Counted from the stretch's first letter, positions 31,778-42,996 are shown. The stretch: DNA of 64,000 bases from an uncultured Methanobrevibacter sp. (GCA_946408925.1 CAMJUE010000003.1:14628-78627); one strand, 5' to 3'. The notes: a model not told the origin generated them from the sequence alone. Translations and numbers: made by a program.

Positions 31778-31947
31778 ATAGTATCTTCATCTGAAATTAC
31801 ATCTGCTTTATTCCTGCTTTTCATTCCTTCTTCAATCATTTTAATGATTAAACCGGATAATGATGTATCTTCATCAATTGCTATTTTTTTTAATTCTTTT
31901 TTCAAATCTTTAGGTAAGTTTATTGTAGTTTTGCTTATTTCTGACAT
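31774..31947 (-). CDS. 57-aa ribbon-helix-helix (CopG-like) DNA-binding protein (not in ORF track)
   Basis: MSEISKTTINLPKDLKKELKKIAIDEDTSLSGLIIKMIEEGMK..., with an alternating beta strand TTINL followed by two helices and the S.S.L motif. Confidence 0.8.
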   Translation of the reverse strand: MSEISKTTINLPKDLKKELKKIAIDEDTSLSGLIIKMIEEGMKSRNKADVISDEDTI

Positions 31948-32092
31948 GTATAATAATTCATTTTAATTTAATATAAATTTTTCTAAAAATTATCTCCCAT
32001 TACCAAAAACTATTTATGGATATTACAAACAAATATTACATTTAATAGTTATATTTTACTTATTTTAATTATTTTATTTTGGAGGGAGTATA

Positions 32093-32341
32093 ATGAGTAA
32101 TCAAGCAATAGAAGAAGTATGTGAAATTCTTGACTATATATCAGATAATAATACTGTTCCTCGTAATATAAGAGAGGCAGCAAATCAGTCTGTTGACTTA
32201 TTAAAAGATGAAGAACAAGATCAATCTGTAAGAATAAGCACTGTTCTTGGAAAATTAGATGAAATCAGTAATGATCCTAATATTCCAGTTCATGCAAGAA
32301 CTTTAATTTGGGAAGTTTTATCTAAATTAGAAGCTATCTAA
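32093..32341 (+). CDS. UPF0147 family protein
   Basis: D..VPRNIR.AA...LDEISNDPN.P.HART.IW...S.LE. Confidence 0.9.
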   Translation: MSNQAIEEVCEILDYISDNNTVPRNIREAANQSVDLLKDEEQDQSVRISTVLGKLDEISNDPNIPVHARTLIWEVLSKLEAI

Positions 32342-32488
32342 TTTAACTTTCTTTTATTTTACTATTTTTTTAAACCAACATCATTATTGCTTTAGTTTCA
32401 TAAAATTTACTTCATTTAACACTTAATCTTTAAATACGATGAGATACATACTCTAAATTAGAAATAAATACCACATTGAGTGAATTAA

Positions 32489-32869
32489 ATGATTCAAAAA
32501 GCTGAACAAATATTTATCCCAATAAAAAATATAGAAACTGACACCTTAAAACTGAAAAAGTTCATATCTGATAATTTTTGTATTCCAGATGATAATTTAG
32601 ATATTATTTGTGAATTTATTACTCATGATATCAAACTGAAAAAAATTATTTTTCAACTTCCGGAAATGATTAAACAACAAGTTTTTTACGATAAATTAGC
32701 AATAAAATTTTTTGATGAATTTAAGGAGGATTTTACCCAATTAGAAATATAAATCTATGTTAAACTTGATCCAAAATCATCACTAGATATAGAACAGCAA
32801 TTAGAACATAAACTATACCAATCATTCCAATGGGATTCAGTTGATAAAATTTTACTTATAATGGAGTGA
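32489..32869 (+). pseudogene. putative antitoxin-like partner of the HEPN gene, with an internal TAA
   Basis: The frame continues past TAA 32750-32752 as IYVKLDPKSSLDIEQQLEHKLYQSFQWDSVDKILLIME* and ends 4 nt before the HEPN ATG. Confidence 0.55.
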
Positions 32870-32873
32870 TATC

Positions 32874-33281
32874 ATGTCAGATGGATTTAATTGGAATAAT
32901 TTTAATATTTTAGCCGATTCTTTTATTGATGAAAATGATGAAGCCAAACAAAGAACTGGTGTTAGTAGATATTACTTTGAAACATTCTGTACTGCAAGAG
33001 ATTTTCTTAATAGAAACAAATATTACTTAAATAATAAATCTAAAAAAATTATGACTTCTAATAAATCAGATGTTCATAATGAAACTTCTAAAATCTTTAG
33101 AAAACACAAAAAATTCAATAATAATGAAATTGGTAAAATTATTTCAAAAGAATTAAATAAATTAAGAAAAATGAGAAATCAAGCAGATTACAACCAAATC
33201 AATAACAATATCGATAATATGATAAAAAAATCAAAAATTAGATCAGAAAGAATATTGAAACTATTAAAAAAATTGAATTAA
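32874..33281 (+). CDS. HEPN domain protein
   Basis: F.W..F, EAKQRTGVSRYYF..F..AR, conserved H (DVH), L.KLRKMRNQADY. Confidence 0.75.
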   Translation: MSDGFNWNNFNILADSFIDENDEAKQRTGVSRYYFETFCTARDFLNRNKYYLNNKSKKIMTSNKSDVHNETSKIFRKHKKFNNNEIGKIISKELNKLRKMRNQADYNQINNNIDNMIKKSKIRSERILKLLKKLN

Positions 33282-34291
33282 TTTGAAAGGGCAACTGCAA
33301 CTGTAACGCCTTCATATGATGTTTTTTTATAAATTAATTTTGATTCAAAACCGGCTGTTATCAGTGCGGAGGGTTCGCAAACACCATATATTCCAAATTT
33401 TGAATATACGAATTCTGATTTTTTAACATCATTTGACTGGAATAACTTCAATTTGTCGATATCGACAAACTTGACAGGTATCTCAAGTTTTTTGGATAAT
33501 TCCAATATCCCTTTTTCATCTTTTTTTATTTCAGCTGAACTTAATAAATTCACTCTTGAGGGATTCATGCCTAAATCATTCAATGATTTTTTAAACCCTT
33601 CATAAAGGTATTTGCACTCTTTTCCCCGTCTGCATCCCAGTCCGACAACCACTTTTCTTTCTTTTAATATCATTTCATGCTCATCAAGGCTAACATGGAT
33701 TTCATCTGTATTTATTTTTGATGAGTAAAAAATTGAGACATCCATTTCAAGTGTATTGTCTTTGAGATATTCAAAAAGATATGTGAAATTCTTGTTTGGA
33801 TTTACAGTCATTGAAATTTCCCTACCTTCAAGGATAGCCTTGTTGAAAAACAAGATTTCTTTTGTATCATTTATTGACAAATAAAGGTCACGTGCCAGAA
33901 CATCAATTCCCAACTTATTGTTCACATCAGTTGAAGTTGTAATTACAGGTGTTGCATCAATGAGACCTGCAATTTTACCTGCAAGTTCATTTGCTCCACC
34001 GAGATGGCCTGAAAGTGTTGAAATTGCAAATCTTCCATTATCGTCCACATTTATGACAGCCGGATCGGTAACTTTGGATTCAATTAACGGTGCAATGGAC
34101 CTGATCAGTATTCCTGATGCCATTATGGCAACTATTGCATCATATTCATAAAACAATACTGGAAAATGCTTTTTAACATTCTTATGGTATAATTCACATT
34201 TTATTATTGTTGAATCCGAATCCAACTTTTCTTTTAATTTTAAAGCCAATTGCTTTCCCTTGTCAGATACTGAAATGATTGCCAATTTCAT
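33278..34291 (-). CDS. cbiG: cobalt-precorrin-5A hydrolase
   Basis: MASGILIR, K.TDPAV, LSGHLGGAN, ITTSTD, GLGCRRG, K.DE.G, GVCEPSA. Confidence 0.92.
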   Translation of the reverse strand: MKLAIISVSDKGKQLALKLKEKLDSDSTIIKCELYHKNVKKHFPVLFYEYDAIVAIMASGILIRSIAPLIESKVTDPAVINVDDNGRFAISTLSGHLGGANELAGKIAGLIDATPVITTSTDVNNKLGIDVLARDLYLSINDTKEILFFNKAILEGREISMTVNPNKNFTYLFEYLKDNTLEMDVSIFYSSKINTDEIHVSLDEHEMILKERKVVVGLGCRRGKECKYLYEGFKKSLNDLGMNPSRVNLLSSAEIKKDEKGILELSKKLEIPVKFVDIDKLKLFQSNDVKKSEFVYSKFGIYGVCEPSALITAGFESKLIYKKTSYEGVTVAVALSN

Positions 34292-35325
34292 AATATCACA
34301 TATAATAGAATAAATAATAATATAATAGTTATTGTATAGAGTATAATAGTTAATTTTGATAAATCAACTGCTCTTGAAATGTCATCCCTTGTTATATCCT
34401 TATTGTCATCACCTAAAATATATGTGTCCTTTTTTATCAGCTGAATGTTCAGTGCTCCCGCAGTTGTTGCCATGGTGTAACCTGAATTTGGTGAAGGACA
34501 ATTTCTTGCATCCCTCAACATGATTCTATATGCATTTGCGCCGTCAAGGCCTAACAGATAAGCTGAAATAACAACAAATATTCCTGAAATCCTTGATGGA
34601 ATATAATTAAGAATGTCATCTATTTTAGCCGGAACAAAACCGATATATATCAGTTCATCAGTTTTATATCCGAGCATTGCATCTAAAGTGTTTGAAATCC
34701 TATAAAACATTGGAATCAAAAGCAAATAATAAAGCGAATTGTCAATATGATAATATAAAAATATAATTGCAAAAATAAAATAATAAAATACAGGTGCAAC
34801 ATAAGAGTCTGTTATGTTTTCAGTGAGACTTTCAATTGTTGCAGATACAATGAATGATTCTGTCAGCTCTTCAGTGTCACGGCTTACCAGATAAGACACT
34901 AATTGTCTTGCCTTGTCAATGCTTATGTCAAATGCCTTTTTAACATCAACAGCTGTTTGAAGCAGCATGTTTACCGAAAATGTTGATGAGAGAAGAACAG
35001 CAAATATTATAAACAATAAAACAATATTGATTCCTGCAATAAGATATATTATATATAAAATTAGACTTGAAACAATACAAACTCCCAAAACAACAAAAAG
35101 ACCTGAAAACCTGTTTTTAATTCCTATAAATGTTTTTTTGAAATAACCTATCAGAGATCCAATTATAATGACAGGGTGAATTTTTGTTGGAAGCTCACCA
35201 AATACAATATCAATCAGCAATGATGCCAATAATGCGAATATAATAAATAAAAACAATTCAAATGATGTAATACTACCTGTTTTAGTTAATATTATATCAT
35301 TAAGTAAATTATTATATTCAATCAT
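34288..35325 (-). CDS. cbiB: adenosylcobinamide-phosphate synthase
   Basis: GE....HPV, LVSRDT, ESLTEN..D, NTLDAMLGY, DDILNYIPSR, SPNSG. Confidence 0.92.
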   Translation of the reverse strand: MIEYNNLLNDIILTKTGSITSFELFLFIIFALLASLLIDIVFGELPTKIHPVIIIGSLIGYFKKTFIGIKNRFSGLFVVLGVCIVSSLILYIIYLIAGINIVLLFIIFAVLLSSTFSVNMLLQTAVDVKKAFDISIDKARQLVSYLVSRDTEELTESFIVSATIESLTENITDSYVAPVFYYFIFAIIFLYYHIDNSLYYLLLIPMFYRISNTLDAMLGYKTDELIYIGFVPAKIDDILNYIPSRISGIFVVISAYLLGLDGANAYRIMLRDARNCPSPNSGYTMATTAGALNIQLIKKDTYILGDDNKDITRDDISRAVDLSKLTIILYTITIILLFILLYVIL

Positions 35326-35389
35326 AGTTTAATTTATATAATTAAAAAATAAATAATTTATTATAAATTTTTTAAAAAAAGATGATATT

Positions 35390-35872
35390 ATGAATCTTGA
35401 AGAAAATGTAAGACAATGGTTAACTGATGAAGACATCTTAAGAGAAGTCAAATATGATGAAAATGCTGATTTTCACTATATTATAGAATTTCCAAATGAT
35501 AATATAATGGATGTCGTTAAACCAACAGGTAAAGACTGTATAATTGTTGCCTGTGCCACTCAGGTAGCTCCTCAGCATACTGAATTGATGAATGCAAGCG
35601 ACAGCAGAACCCGTAAGGATTTCATCATGGAATTGAATTTTGGTTTGAATAGTTTTTTAGTTGACTATGAACTTCAAATCGCTCAGGATATTTTACAGCA
35701 GTTTGTAATAACCGATCAAATATTTGAAGACGGGCTGACTAAAAATGAATTGATCAGAACATTGAAACGTGTTTTCAAATCCAAGCTACATTGTATCTGG
35801 TTAATCGACCAGAAATTCGGCACTCCACAAGTCAACACTACTGTTTCCAATCAGAATGACATGTTTATCTAG
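35390..35872 (+). CDS. DUF2299 family protein
   Basis: Conserved archaeal pattern W L.DE....NA.FH...FP, IFEDGLTK. Commonly found next to the origin. Confidence 0.65.
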   Translation: MNLEENVRQWLTDEDILREVKYDENADFHYIIEFPNDNIMDVVKPTGKDCIIVACATQVAPQHTELMNASDSRTRKDFIMELNFGLNSFLVDYELQIAQDILQQFVITDQIFEDGLTKNELIRTLKRVFKSKLHCIWLIDQKFGTPQVNTTVSNQNDMFI

Positions 35873-36508
35873 AGAGGGAGAGGTGTGTTTCAAGTGAAAC
35901 ACATTTGCGGATATATTCGCGAGTGAAGAGGTATGTTTCAACTGTAACATTTGAAATCTATCTTCATTTTTCCCGCTTATTTTTCAATTTTGAGCATGTT
36001 AAATTCTTTTTTTAAAATTTTGTTTTCAACTTTCATCTTTTTGAAATTTTTTACACTTGAAATATACCTCTTGATTTTTGGCATTTTGAAAAAATTGCTT
36101 ACACTTGTAATGGACCTCTCTGTCTTTGTGTAAAATCATGACAAATTTTTCAATATGGATATTTATTTTATTAACTGTGACCTTCAATGAGTTGTTTATC
36201 TAAGATTTTTACACTGGAAAACTATATCTTATATTTGAAATTATACTTTTTCATATTTATTTAAATAGTCATTAATAAGGATTTAATTATTATTTAAATG
36301 ATTTTAAAAATTTTTTATTACATTTAAAAAATTTTTAGCAATAATATTTGATTTTTAATGGATTTGGTTGATTTAATTTTTAACGATTTTGCATTTTTTA
36401 ATACATTTTTCTTCACTTGTAATACAAAACTTTATTTAATAGCTTTATTATATTATTATCACTGGAAATTATACTTACTACATTTTTTATATTAACTTAT
36501 AATTTTAG
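35873..36508. other. probable chromosomal replication origin (oriC) with mini-ORB repeats
   Basis: At least seven TTACA(C/G)TTG(A/T)AA-like boxes: minus strand at 35888 and 35936; plus strand at 36051, 36099, 36209, 36412 and 36458. They sit in a long AT-rich gap directly upstream of cdc6. Confidence 0.85.
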
Positions 36509-36517
36509 GTGGCAATT

Positions 36518-37684
36518 ATGGGAAACATTTTTGAAGATGAAAAATTATTTTCTGACAGACGAAAAAATATAATTTTTAAGGACAAAAGACCTTTGGATCA
36601 TAGATATTTACCTGAAAAACTGGTTCACAGGGATATGCAAATCAGACAAATAGCAAAATATTGGGTTGATGTTTTAGATGATGTGACTCCTTCAAATGTT
36701 ACATTATACGGTAAAACAGGTACCGGTAAAACTGCGGCTTCCAAATTTGCACGTGAACAGCTGATTGAAGCTGCAAACAATGCAAACATTTTTGTCAAAA
36801 TAGAATACATCAGATGCACAGATTACACTACTGAGTATCAGGTTATAGCCGAGCTGTGTAACAGGCTTGGACGTGATGTTCCAAACCGTGGATGGACCAA
36901 GGCAGAAGTGGTCAATGCATTCAGACAACTGTTTAGAACAAATGCATATGGCAAAAAATTGCATCTGATAGTTATCCTGGATGAAATCGATATCCTTCTT
37001 GATAAGGACGGCGATGGAATCCTATACACATTAACAAGAGCGGACAACATATCCGTTCTTTCAATCAGTAACTATCTTGATTTCAAAAACCTGATTAATT
37101 CACGTGTTAAAAGCAGCTTGAATGACAAGGAAATTATTTTCCCACCATATGGAGCGGACCAGTTATCAGACATCCTATCAGAAAGGGCCGCATTATCATT
37201 CAATGATGATGTTCTGGAGGCTGATGTCATTCCTTTATGTTCAGCAATGGCGGCCAAGGAAGAGGGTGATGCTAGATATGCACTTGATCTTTTAAAAAAT
37301 GCCGGCGAATTGGCTCATGATGAGAATTGTAAAAAGGTTGTAAGTGACCATGTCAGAAGGGCTAAAGACAGAATAGAGCACAATAAAATCACAGAAATTA
37401 TATCAACCTTACCGCTTCAGCAGCAAAGGGTTTTGGAAGCAATTCTAACATTGACTAAACAAAAAGAGGAAATCACTTCAGGTAAGCTTTACGAGTCCTA
37501 CACTGAAATTTCAAAAAAGGATGCCGTAACCTACAGAAGAATATTTGACTTTATAAATGAACTTGAACTTTTAGGAATAATTTCAACAAACACAGTTTCA
37601 CGCGGTCGTGGAAAAGGAAGAACAAATATAATAAAGCTTCAGTGTGATGAAACCTTACTTGAAACAGCCTTATATACTATTTAG
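36518..37684 (+). CDS. cdc6: Cdc6/Orc1 replication initiator
   Basis: Y.PEKL.HR, Walker A GKTGTGKT, Walker B ILDEID, FPPY.A.QL, GDAR.ALDLL, winged-helix GRGKGRT. Confidence 0.95.
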   Translation: MGNIFEDEKLFSDRRKNIIFKDKRPLDHRYLPEKLVHRDMQIRQIAKYWVDVLDDVTPSNVTLYGKTGTGKTAASKFAREQLIEAANNANIFVKIEYIRCTDYTTEYQVIAELCNRLGRDVPNRGWTKAEVVNAFRQLFRTNAYGKKLHLIVILDEIDILLDKDGDGILYTLTRADNISVLSISNYLDFKNLINSRVKSSLNDKEIIFPPYGADQLSDILSERAALSFNDDVLEADVIPLCSAMAAKEEGDARYALDLLKNAGELAHDENCKKVVSDHVRRAKDRIEHNKITEIISTLPLQQQRVLEAILTLTKQKEEITSGKLYESYTEISKKDAVTYRRIFDFINELELLGIISTNTVSRGRGKGRTNIIKLQCDETLLETALYTI

Positions 37685-38612
37685 GGTTGTTTTTTATCAA
37701 AGTTTTTAAAATTGCCATCCTGACTGGTACTGCATTTGCTGCCTGGGTGAAATACTTGTTGAATTCAGTATCATCAACATCCGTATCAATTTCATCGACT
37801 CTTGGCAGTGGATGCATCACAATCACATCTTTTCCTTCAAGCATCTTTTTATTTATGATATATGCACCCTTAATTTTAAGATAATCGTTAATATCTGCGA
37901 AACGTTCCTTCTGTATTCTTGTAACATATAATACATCAACATCATCAATTATATCTTCAATGTTGGTTACCTCTTCATATTCAACATTTGTCTTGTTCAA
38001 ATCAATTAGAACTTCCTGAGGCATTCTCAGTTCAGGTGGTGATACAAGATAAATTTTAACATTGTCAAACAGTCCCAAAGCCTGTGAGAGGGAGTGTACA
38101 GTACGGCCGAATTTCAAATCGCCTATCAGTGCAATCCTTAAATTGTCTATGGAACCGATTTCATTTTTAATTGTGTATAGGTCAAGCAGTGTCTGTGTAG
38201 GGTGCTGGCCTGCACCGTCGCCTGCATTGATGACCGGAACATCAACAACGTCTGATATGAATTTGGACACTCCTTCAAGTTCATGCCTTATAACAAGTGC
38301 GTCACTGTAGCCTTCAAACATCTTTGCGGTATCGGCTATGCTTTCACCTTTGGAGACTGAACTTGATCCGCTGCTGGTGAATCCTATGCATTGTCCGTCT
38401 AAACGTTTCATTGCTGTTTCAAATGAAATTCTTGTTCTTGTTGACGGTTCAAAAAACATCAATCCTAAAATTTTTCCTTTAAGCTCGTCTGAAATTTCCC
38501 TGGATTTGGCAATGTCCTCCAGTTTTGATGCCTCATCAAGGATGTATTCAACATCTTCCCTTTCAAAGTCCTTAATTGAAATAATGTGTTTTAATCTGAA
38601 AATTTTAACCAA
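37677..38612 (-). CDS. pyrB: aspartate carbamoyltransferase catalytic subunit
   Basis: [45 protein letters not shown]. Confidence 0.96.
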   Translation of the reverse strand: MVKIFRLKHIISIKDFEREDVEYILDEASKLEDIAKSREISDELKGKILGLMFFEPSTRTRISFETAMKRLDGQCIGFTSSGSSSVSKGESIADTAKMFEGYSDALVIRHELEGVSKFISDVVDVPVINAGDGAGQHPTQTLLDLYTIKNEIGSIDNLRIALIGDLKFGRTVHSLSQALGLFDNVKIYLVSPPELRMPQEVLIDLNKTNVEYEEVTNIEDIIDDVDVLYVTRIQKERFADINDYLKIKGAYIINKKMLEGKDVIVMHPLPRVDEIDTDVDDTEFNKYFTQAANAVPVRMAILKTLIKNNPK

Positions 38613-38616
38613 CTCT

Positions 38617-39477
38617 CTAAATTATTCTTTCGATTGGCACAACCAATATGTCTCTGGCACCTGCATTTCTTAAATCATTAACAAGTTCAAAAACTTCCCT
38701 TTCATCAATCACGGCTTGAGCCGCCACTGTTTTCTTTTCGGATAACACTTCTGATATTGTCAAACCGCCCATGGAAGGCATTACCTTTTTAACTTTGTGC
38801 AGGTCATCCTCATCAACGTTCATCATGATCAACTTTTTCCTGTCAGCGTCAAGCACACCTTTTATGCTTGTGCTTATGGCTTCAATCAATTTCCTTTTTG
38901 TTTTTAAACTTTCATGATTTGCTATGAGTTTGATGGTACTGTCCAAAATGACGTCGATTACTTCAAGATGATTCATCTTCAGTGTTGTTCCTGTGCTTGT
39001 CAAATCGGTTATCAAATCTGCAATTCCTATGAATGGAGCGGCTTCAGTTGATCCGCTCAGCCTGACAATTTTCAAGTTCAGGCCCTTTTCCTCAAAATAT
39101 TTTTTGGTCAGTACTGGAAATTCGGTTGCCACCTTCATGTCATCGCTAATGTCGTCAACTGAACTGATGTTTGAGTCTTCAGGTGCGGCCAAAACAAGTT
39201 TTGTTTGTCCAAAGCGCAAGTCCAATAATTCACTTACATCAGATTCGCTTTCTTCAATCAAATCGACACCGGTTATTCCCATATCTGCAACTCCATCATT
39301 GACGAATTCCGGAATATCGGATGCTCTTGCAAACATCACTTCAATATCTTCATTGAATGTTTTGGAAATTAGTTTACGATTATTCTTATCTATTAATCCC
39401 AATCCTGCTTTTTCTAGGATATTTATTGATGGTTCACTAATTCTTCCCTTTGAAGGAACGGCAATTTTGATTTTCAT
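38617..39477 (-). CDS. hisG: ATP phosphoribosyltransferase (long form)
   Basis: PSKGRI, RASDIP, GITG.D, ATEFP, GSTEAAP, D..STGTTL, C-terminal regulatory domain. Confidence 0.95.
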   Translation of the reverse strand: MKIKIAVPSKGRISEPSINILEKAGLGLIDKNNRKLISKTFNEDIEVMFARASDIPEFVNDGVADMGITGVDLIEESESDVSELLDLRFGQTKLVLAAPEDSNISSVDDISDDMKVATEFPVLTKKYFEEKGLNLKIVRLSGSTEAAPFIGIADLITDLTSTGTTLKMNHLEVIDVILDSTIKLIANHESLKTKRKLIEAISTSIKGVLDADRKKLIMMNVDEDDLHKVKKVMPSMGGLTISEVLSEKKTVAAQAVIDEREVFELVNDLRNAGARDILVVPIERII

Positions 39478-39719
39478 TTTATCTTCTCGAATTTTTTTTA
39501 TGTGATATAATATATAAATATTGTTATTAATATCTTTATTGTTTATTATTAAAATTTTATAGTTTTATTTTAATGAATTTAGAAATGATTATAACTCATT
39601 TTTAAATCATGGCATAATTTAGCAAAATATTTAAATATTAAGATATCTTATATGTTATTTAACTTATTATTAATTTAATTAATCATAAGTTTTTTATTGA
39701 ATTTTGTGAGGTGAAAATT

Positions 39720-39926
39720 ATGTCTGAAATACCAAAAGCTCCTATCGCAAGAATCATTAAAGAATCTGGTGCTGAAAGAGTTAGCGAAGATGCAAAAGAA
39801 GAATTAGCTGCATACTTAGAAGAAGTAGCTCGCAATGTTGCTAAAGAAGCAAACAATGTTGCAAAAATCGCTAAACGTAAAACTGTTAAAGCAGATGATA
39901 TTAAATTAGCTATTAAAAACTTATAA
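39720..39926 (+). CDS. archaeal histone (HMf family)
   Basis: [20 protein letters not shown]...[12 protein letters not shown]. Confidence 0.95.
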   Translation: MSEIPKAPIARIIKESGAERVSEDAKEELAAYLEEVARNVAKEANNVAKIAKRKTVKADDIKLAIKNL

Positions 39927-39958
39927 ATAGTTTTTAGCTAACTTTTTTTATTTTTTTT
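39909..39958 (+). terminator. hairpin plus T-tract after the histone gene
   Basis: AAAAACT-TATAAAT-AGTTTTT, followed by long T runs. Confidence 0.45.
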
Positions 39959-39969
39959 AAGGTGTTATT

Positions 39970-41268
39970 ATGAACAATACTATTCTTATCAAAAACGCAT
40001 TAATTTTAAAACCAAATTTTGAAAACAAAAAACAATCCTTATTAATTAAAGATGATTTAATCGCTGAGATTGCAGATGAAATAGATGAAAGCAAAGCAGG
40101 TAAAATCATCGATGCTCAGGATAAAATCTTACTTCCGGGATTAATCAATACTCATACTCATTTATCAATGACATTGTTCAGGGGACTTGCCGACGATTTA
40201 AGTCTTGACAGCTGGCTTAATGATCATATCTGGCCAATGGAAGCAAATCTTAATGGTGACTACTGTTATATCGGAGCTCTTTTGGGAGCAATTGAACTGA
40301 TTAAGTCAGGAACAACCACATTTTCCGACATGTACTTTTATATGGAGGATGTTGCTCGTGCAGTTGACGATGCTGGAATAAGGGCAGTTCTATCATATGG
40401 AATGATAGACTTTGGCGATGCAGAAAGAAGGGAAAATGAAATCAAGGAAAATCTGGAATTATTTAAAGCCTGCAACGGGATGGCAGACGGCAGGATAAAA
40501 GTGTTTTTAGGTCCTCACTCTCCATACACTGCTTCCGAAGAACTATTGGTAAAAGTTCGTGAATTGGCGAATGAATATGATATGGGAATCCACATACATG
40601 TTTCAGAAACCCAAAAGGAAATCAATGATTCATTGGACGAAAGGGGCATAAGGCCGTTTGAATACCTGGAAAAAATAGGCTTATTGGGTCCTGATGTACT
40701 TGCAGCACACTGTGTATGGTTAAGCGATGAAGAAATCGAAATCATCAAAAAACACAATGTTAAAGTATCACACAATCCGTGCAGTAACATGAAACTTGCA
40801 TCAGGTGTTGCACCTGTCTCCAAATTGATTGAAAATGGTGTTTGCGTTTCAATCGGAACTGACGGAGCCTCTTCAAACAATAACTTGGATTTAATTGAAG
40901 AGCTTAAAACAGCCAGTCTGCTTCAAAAGGTATCCACTCTTGATCCGAAGGTACTGTCATCTGATGAGGCAATCCAAATGGCAACAGTCAATGGTGCTAA
41001 GGCATTAGGTCTTGACTCAGAAATCGGTTCAATTGAAGTCGGCAAAAAGGCAGATATAATTTTAATCGACACCAATACAGCGAACATGACTCCTGACAGT
41101 TCAAACATAACTTCAAACATTGTTTATTCTGCAAACGGTTCAAATGTTGATACTACCATCTGTAACGGTAAAATTTTAATGGAAAATAAGAAATTGACTG
41201 TTTTGGATGAGGATGAAATTTACGCTAAAGCCAGACAGGCAATAAAAGAATTAAAAGAAGCTATCTAG
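39970..41268 (+). CDS. dadD: 5'-deoxyadenosine/MTA/SAH deaminase (amidohydrolase)
   Basis: HTH, L..WL...IWP.E, PHSPYT, HIHVSET, AHCV, SNMKLASG, GTDG.SSNN. Confidence 0.8.
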   Translation: MNNTILIKNALILKPNFENKKQSLLIKDDLIAEIADEIDESKAGKIIDAQDKILLPGLINTHTHLSMTLFRGLADDLSLDSWLNDHIWPMEANLNGDYCYIGALLGAIELIKSGTTTFSDMYFYMEDVARAVDDAGIRAVLSYGMIDFGDAERRENEIKENLELFKACNGMADGRIKVFLGPHSPYTASEELLVKVRELANEYDMGIHIHVSETQKEINDSLDERGIRPFEYLEKIGLLGPDVLAAHCVWLSDEEIEIIKKHNVKVSHNPCSNMKLASGVAPVSKLIENGVCVSIGTDGASSNNNLDLIEELKTASLLQKVSTLDPKVLSSDEAIQMATVNGAKALGLDSEIGSIEVGKKADIILIDTNTANMTPDSSNITSNIVYSANGSNVDTTICNGKILMENKKLTVLDEDEIYAKARQAIKELKEAI

Positions 41269-42904
41269 CTTCAAATTCTATTTTTTCTTTATTCATAACT
41301 ATACTTCTTTTCCACTCATCATCACTTTGCGGAAAATCGCTTCTGAAGTGTGCGCCACGGCTTTCCCTACGCAATATTGCTGATTTAACTGACAGTATGC
41401 ATATTTCAACCATGTTTGTCACTTCAAGGGCTGTGACCAAATCGGTATTGTATTGTGTCTTGCTTCTGACATCAAGCTTTTCAAGATTCTCTTTCATATC
41501 CAGCAATTCTTTCAGAGCTTCGTTTAAGGTTTTTTCATCACGTACAATTGCAACTTTTTCCCACATCAGTTTTTTAATGTTATTCTTGAATTCCTGTGGC
41601 TTGATGGAACCATTTCTGATTAATGATTCGATTCTTGAAGCTTCATCGTTTACTTGATCATAATTTGTTTTAAGTTCTGTGTCTTTGGCAGCCTTTGATG
41701 CACTTAAACCGGCGATTTTACCGAACACTTGTGTATCTGCAAGTGCATTACCTCCCAAACGGTTTGCTCCATGAACTCCTCCGCACACTTCTCCGGCTCC
41801 AAATAGGTTTTTAAGTGATGTTGAGGCGTCAGTGTTTATTTTTACACCGCCCATGAAATGGTGCGCTGTCGGTGCAACCTCTATAGGTTCATGCTTTATG
41901 TCCACGCCAACGTTTTCAAACTGCAGAACCATTGTCTCCAGCTTTTCGTCGATGTAGTCATCGTCAAGGTGTGAAATGTCAAGGTACACTCCACCGTTTT
42001 CGGTTCCCCGTCCTTCAATGATTTCCTGATATATTGAACGGGCCACAACATCACGTGTTGCAAGCTCCATTTTTTCTGGAGCATATCTGCTCATGAACCT
42101 TTCGCCCTCGCTGTTTATGAGCTTTCCCCCTTCAGCCCTTACAGCTTCAGTTACCAATACTCCCTTTTTGGATTCGGGTGCCACCATTCCTGTCGGGTGG
42201 AACTGTATCTGCTCCATATCAACAAGATTTGCTCCGGCACGGTAAGCCATTGCAAAACCGTCTCCGTTCTTCTGGAAGGTGTTGGATGTTACAGGGTATA
42301 GTTGTCCAGCTCCTCCGCTTGCAAGAATAACTGATTTTGACTGGAAATATATCAGACTTGAATCCTTGAGATTGAGGCCTGTCGCACCTATTACCCGGTC
42401 ATTGTCAGTTACAAGTGAGGTAATCATTACCTCTTCGATGCATTCGATATCCCTTTTTATGATTTCTTCCTTAAGGGCATTAAGAAGTTCAGCTCCGGTA
42501 CGGTCTCCCTGATAGCAGGTTCTTCTGTAGGTCTGTCCTCCAAACGGTCTTTGATCAATCTGGCCGGATTCCTGTCTGTCGAATAGTGCACCGTAGTTTT
42601 CAAGGTCAATGAGTCTTTTAGGTGATTCGTTTACAAGTATCTCCACCAGCCTTTTGTCGTTTAGATAGCTTCCGCCCTTTAGAGTGTCATGCATGTGAGC
42701 GTCTATGGAGTCATCCTTGTCTACTGTTTTGAATACTGCATTGTATCCTCCTTCGGCCATTCCGGTACATCCTGAACGGAATGACAATCCTTTTGATACT
42801 ATTGTTGCTTTCAGTCCTGCATCATCAACTTCAATTGCTGCTCTTGAACCCGCTCCACCAGATCCAATGATTAATACATCTGTTTGGATAGTTTTTATTT
42901 CCAT
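41261..42904 (-). CDS. tfrA: thiol:fumarate reductase (CoM/CoB) flavoprotein subunit
   Basis: GSGGAG, SGCT.MAEGG, QFHPTG, EAVRAEGG, ELATRD, AHHFMGG, HGANRLGGN, ESRGAH. Confidence 0.88.
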   Translation of the reverse strand: MEIKTIQTDVLIIGSGGAGSRAAIEVDDAGLKATIVSKGLSFRSGCTGMAEGGYNAVFKTVDKDDSIDAHMHDTLKGGSYLNDKRLVEILVNESPKRLIDLENYGALFDRQESGQIDQRPFGGQTYRRTCYQGDRTGAELLNALKEEIIKRDIECIEEVMITSLVTDNDRVIGATGLNLKDSSLIYFQSKSVILASGGAGQLYPVTSNTFQKNGDGFAMAYRAGANLVDMEQIQFHPTGMVAPESKKGVLVTEAVRAEGGKLINSEGERFMSRYAPEKMELATRDVVARSIYQEIIEGRGTENGGVYLDISHLDDDYIDEKLETMVLQFENVGVDIKHEPIEVAPTAHHFMGGVKINTDASTSLKNLFGAGEVCGGVHGANRLGGNALADTQVFGKIAGLSASKAAKDTELKTNYDQVNDEASRIESLIRNGSIKPQEFKNNIKKLMWEKVAIVRDEKTLNEALKELLDMKENLEKLDVRSKTQYNTDLVTALEVTNMVEICILSVKSAILRRESRGAHFRSDFPQSDDEWKRSIVMNKEKIEFEAR

Positions 42905-42996
42905 TTCTATTACCCTGTAAAAAATTTTCTTATCATTATTATTTTGTATTTCATTTTAAATAATTCTTATCTTTCGATTTTCTTTTTTTAAAACTA

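Noticed and set aside
35951-36133. 60-aa Phe/Leu-rich ORF upstream of cdc6
   Set aside because: It lies across the ORB boxes and the T-rich unwinding region. Its composition simply reflects poly-T DNA.
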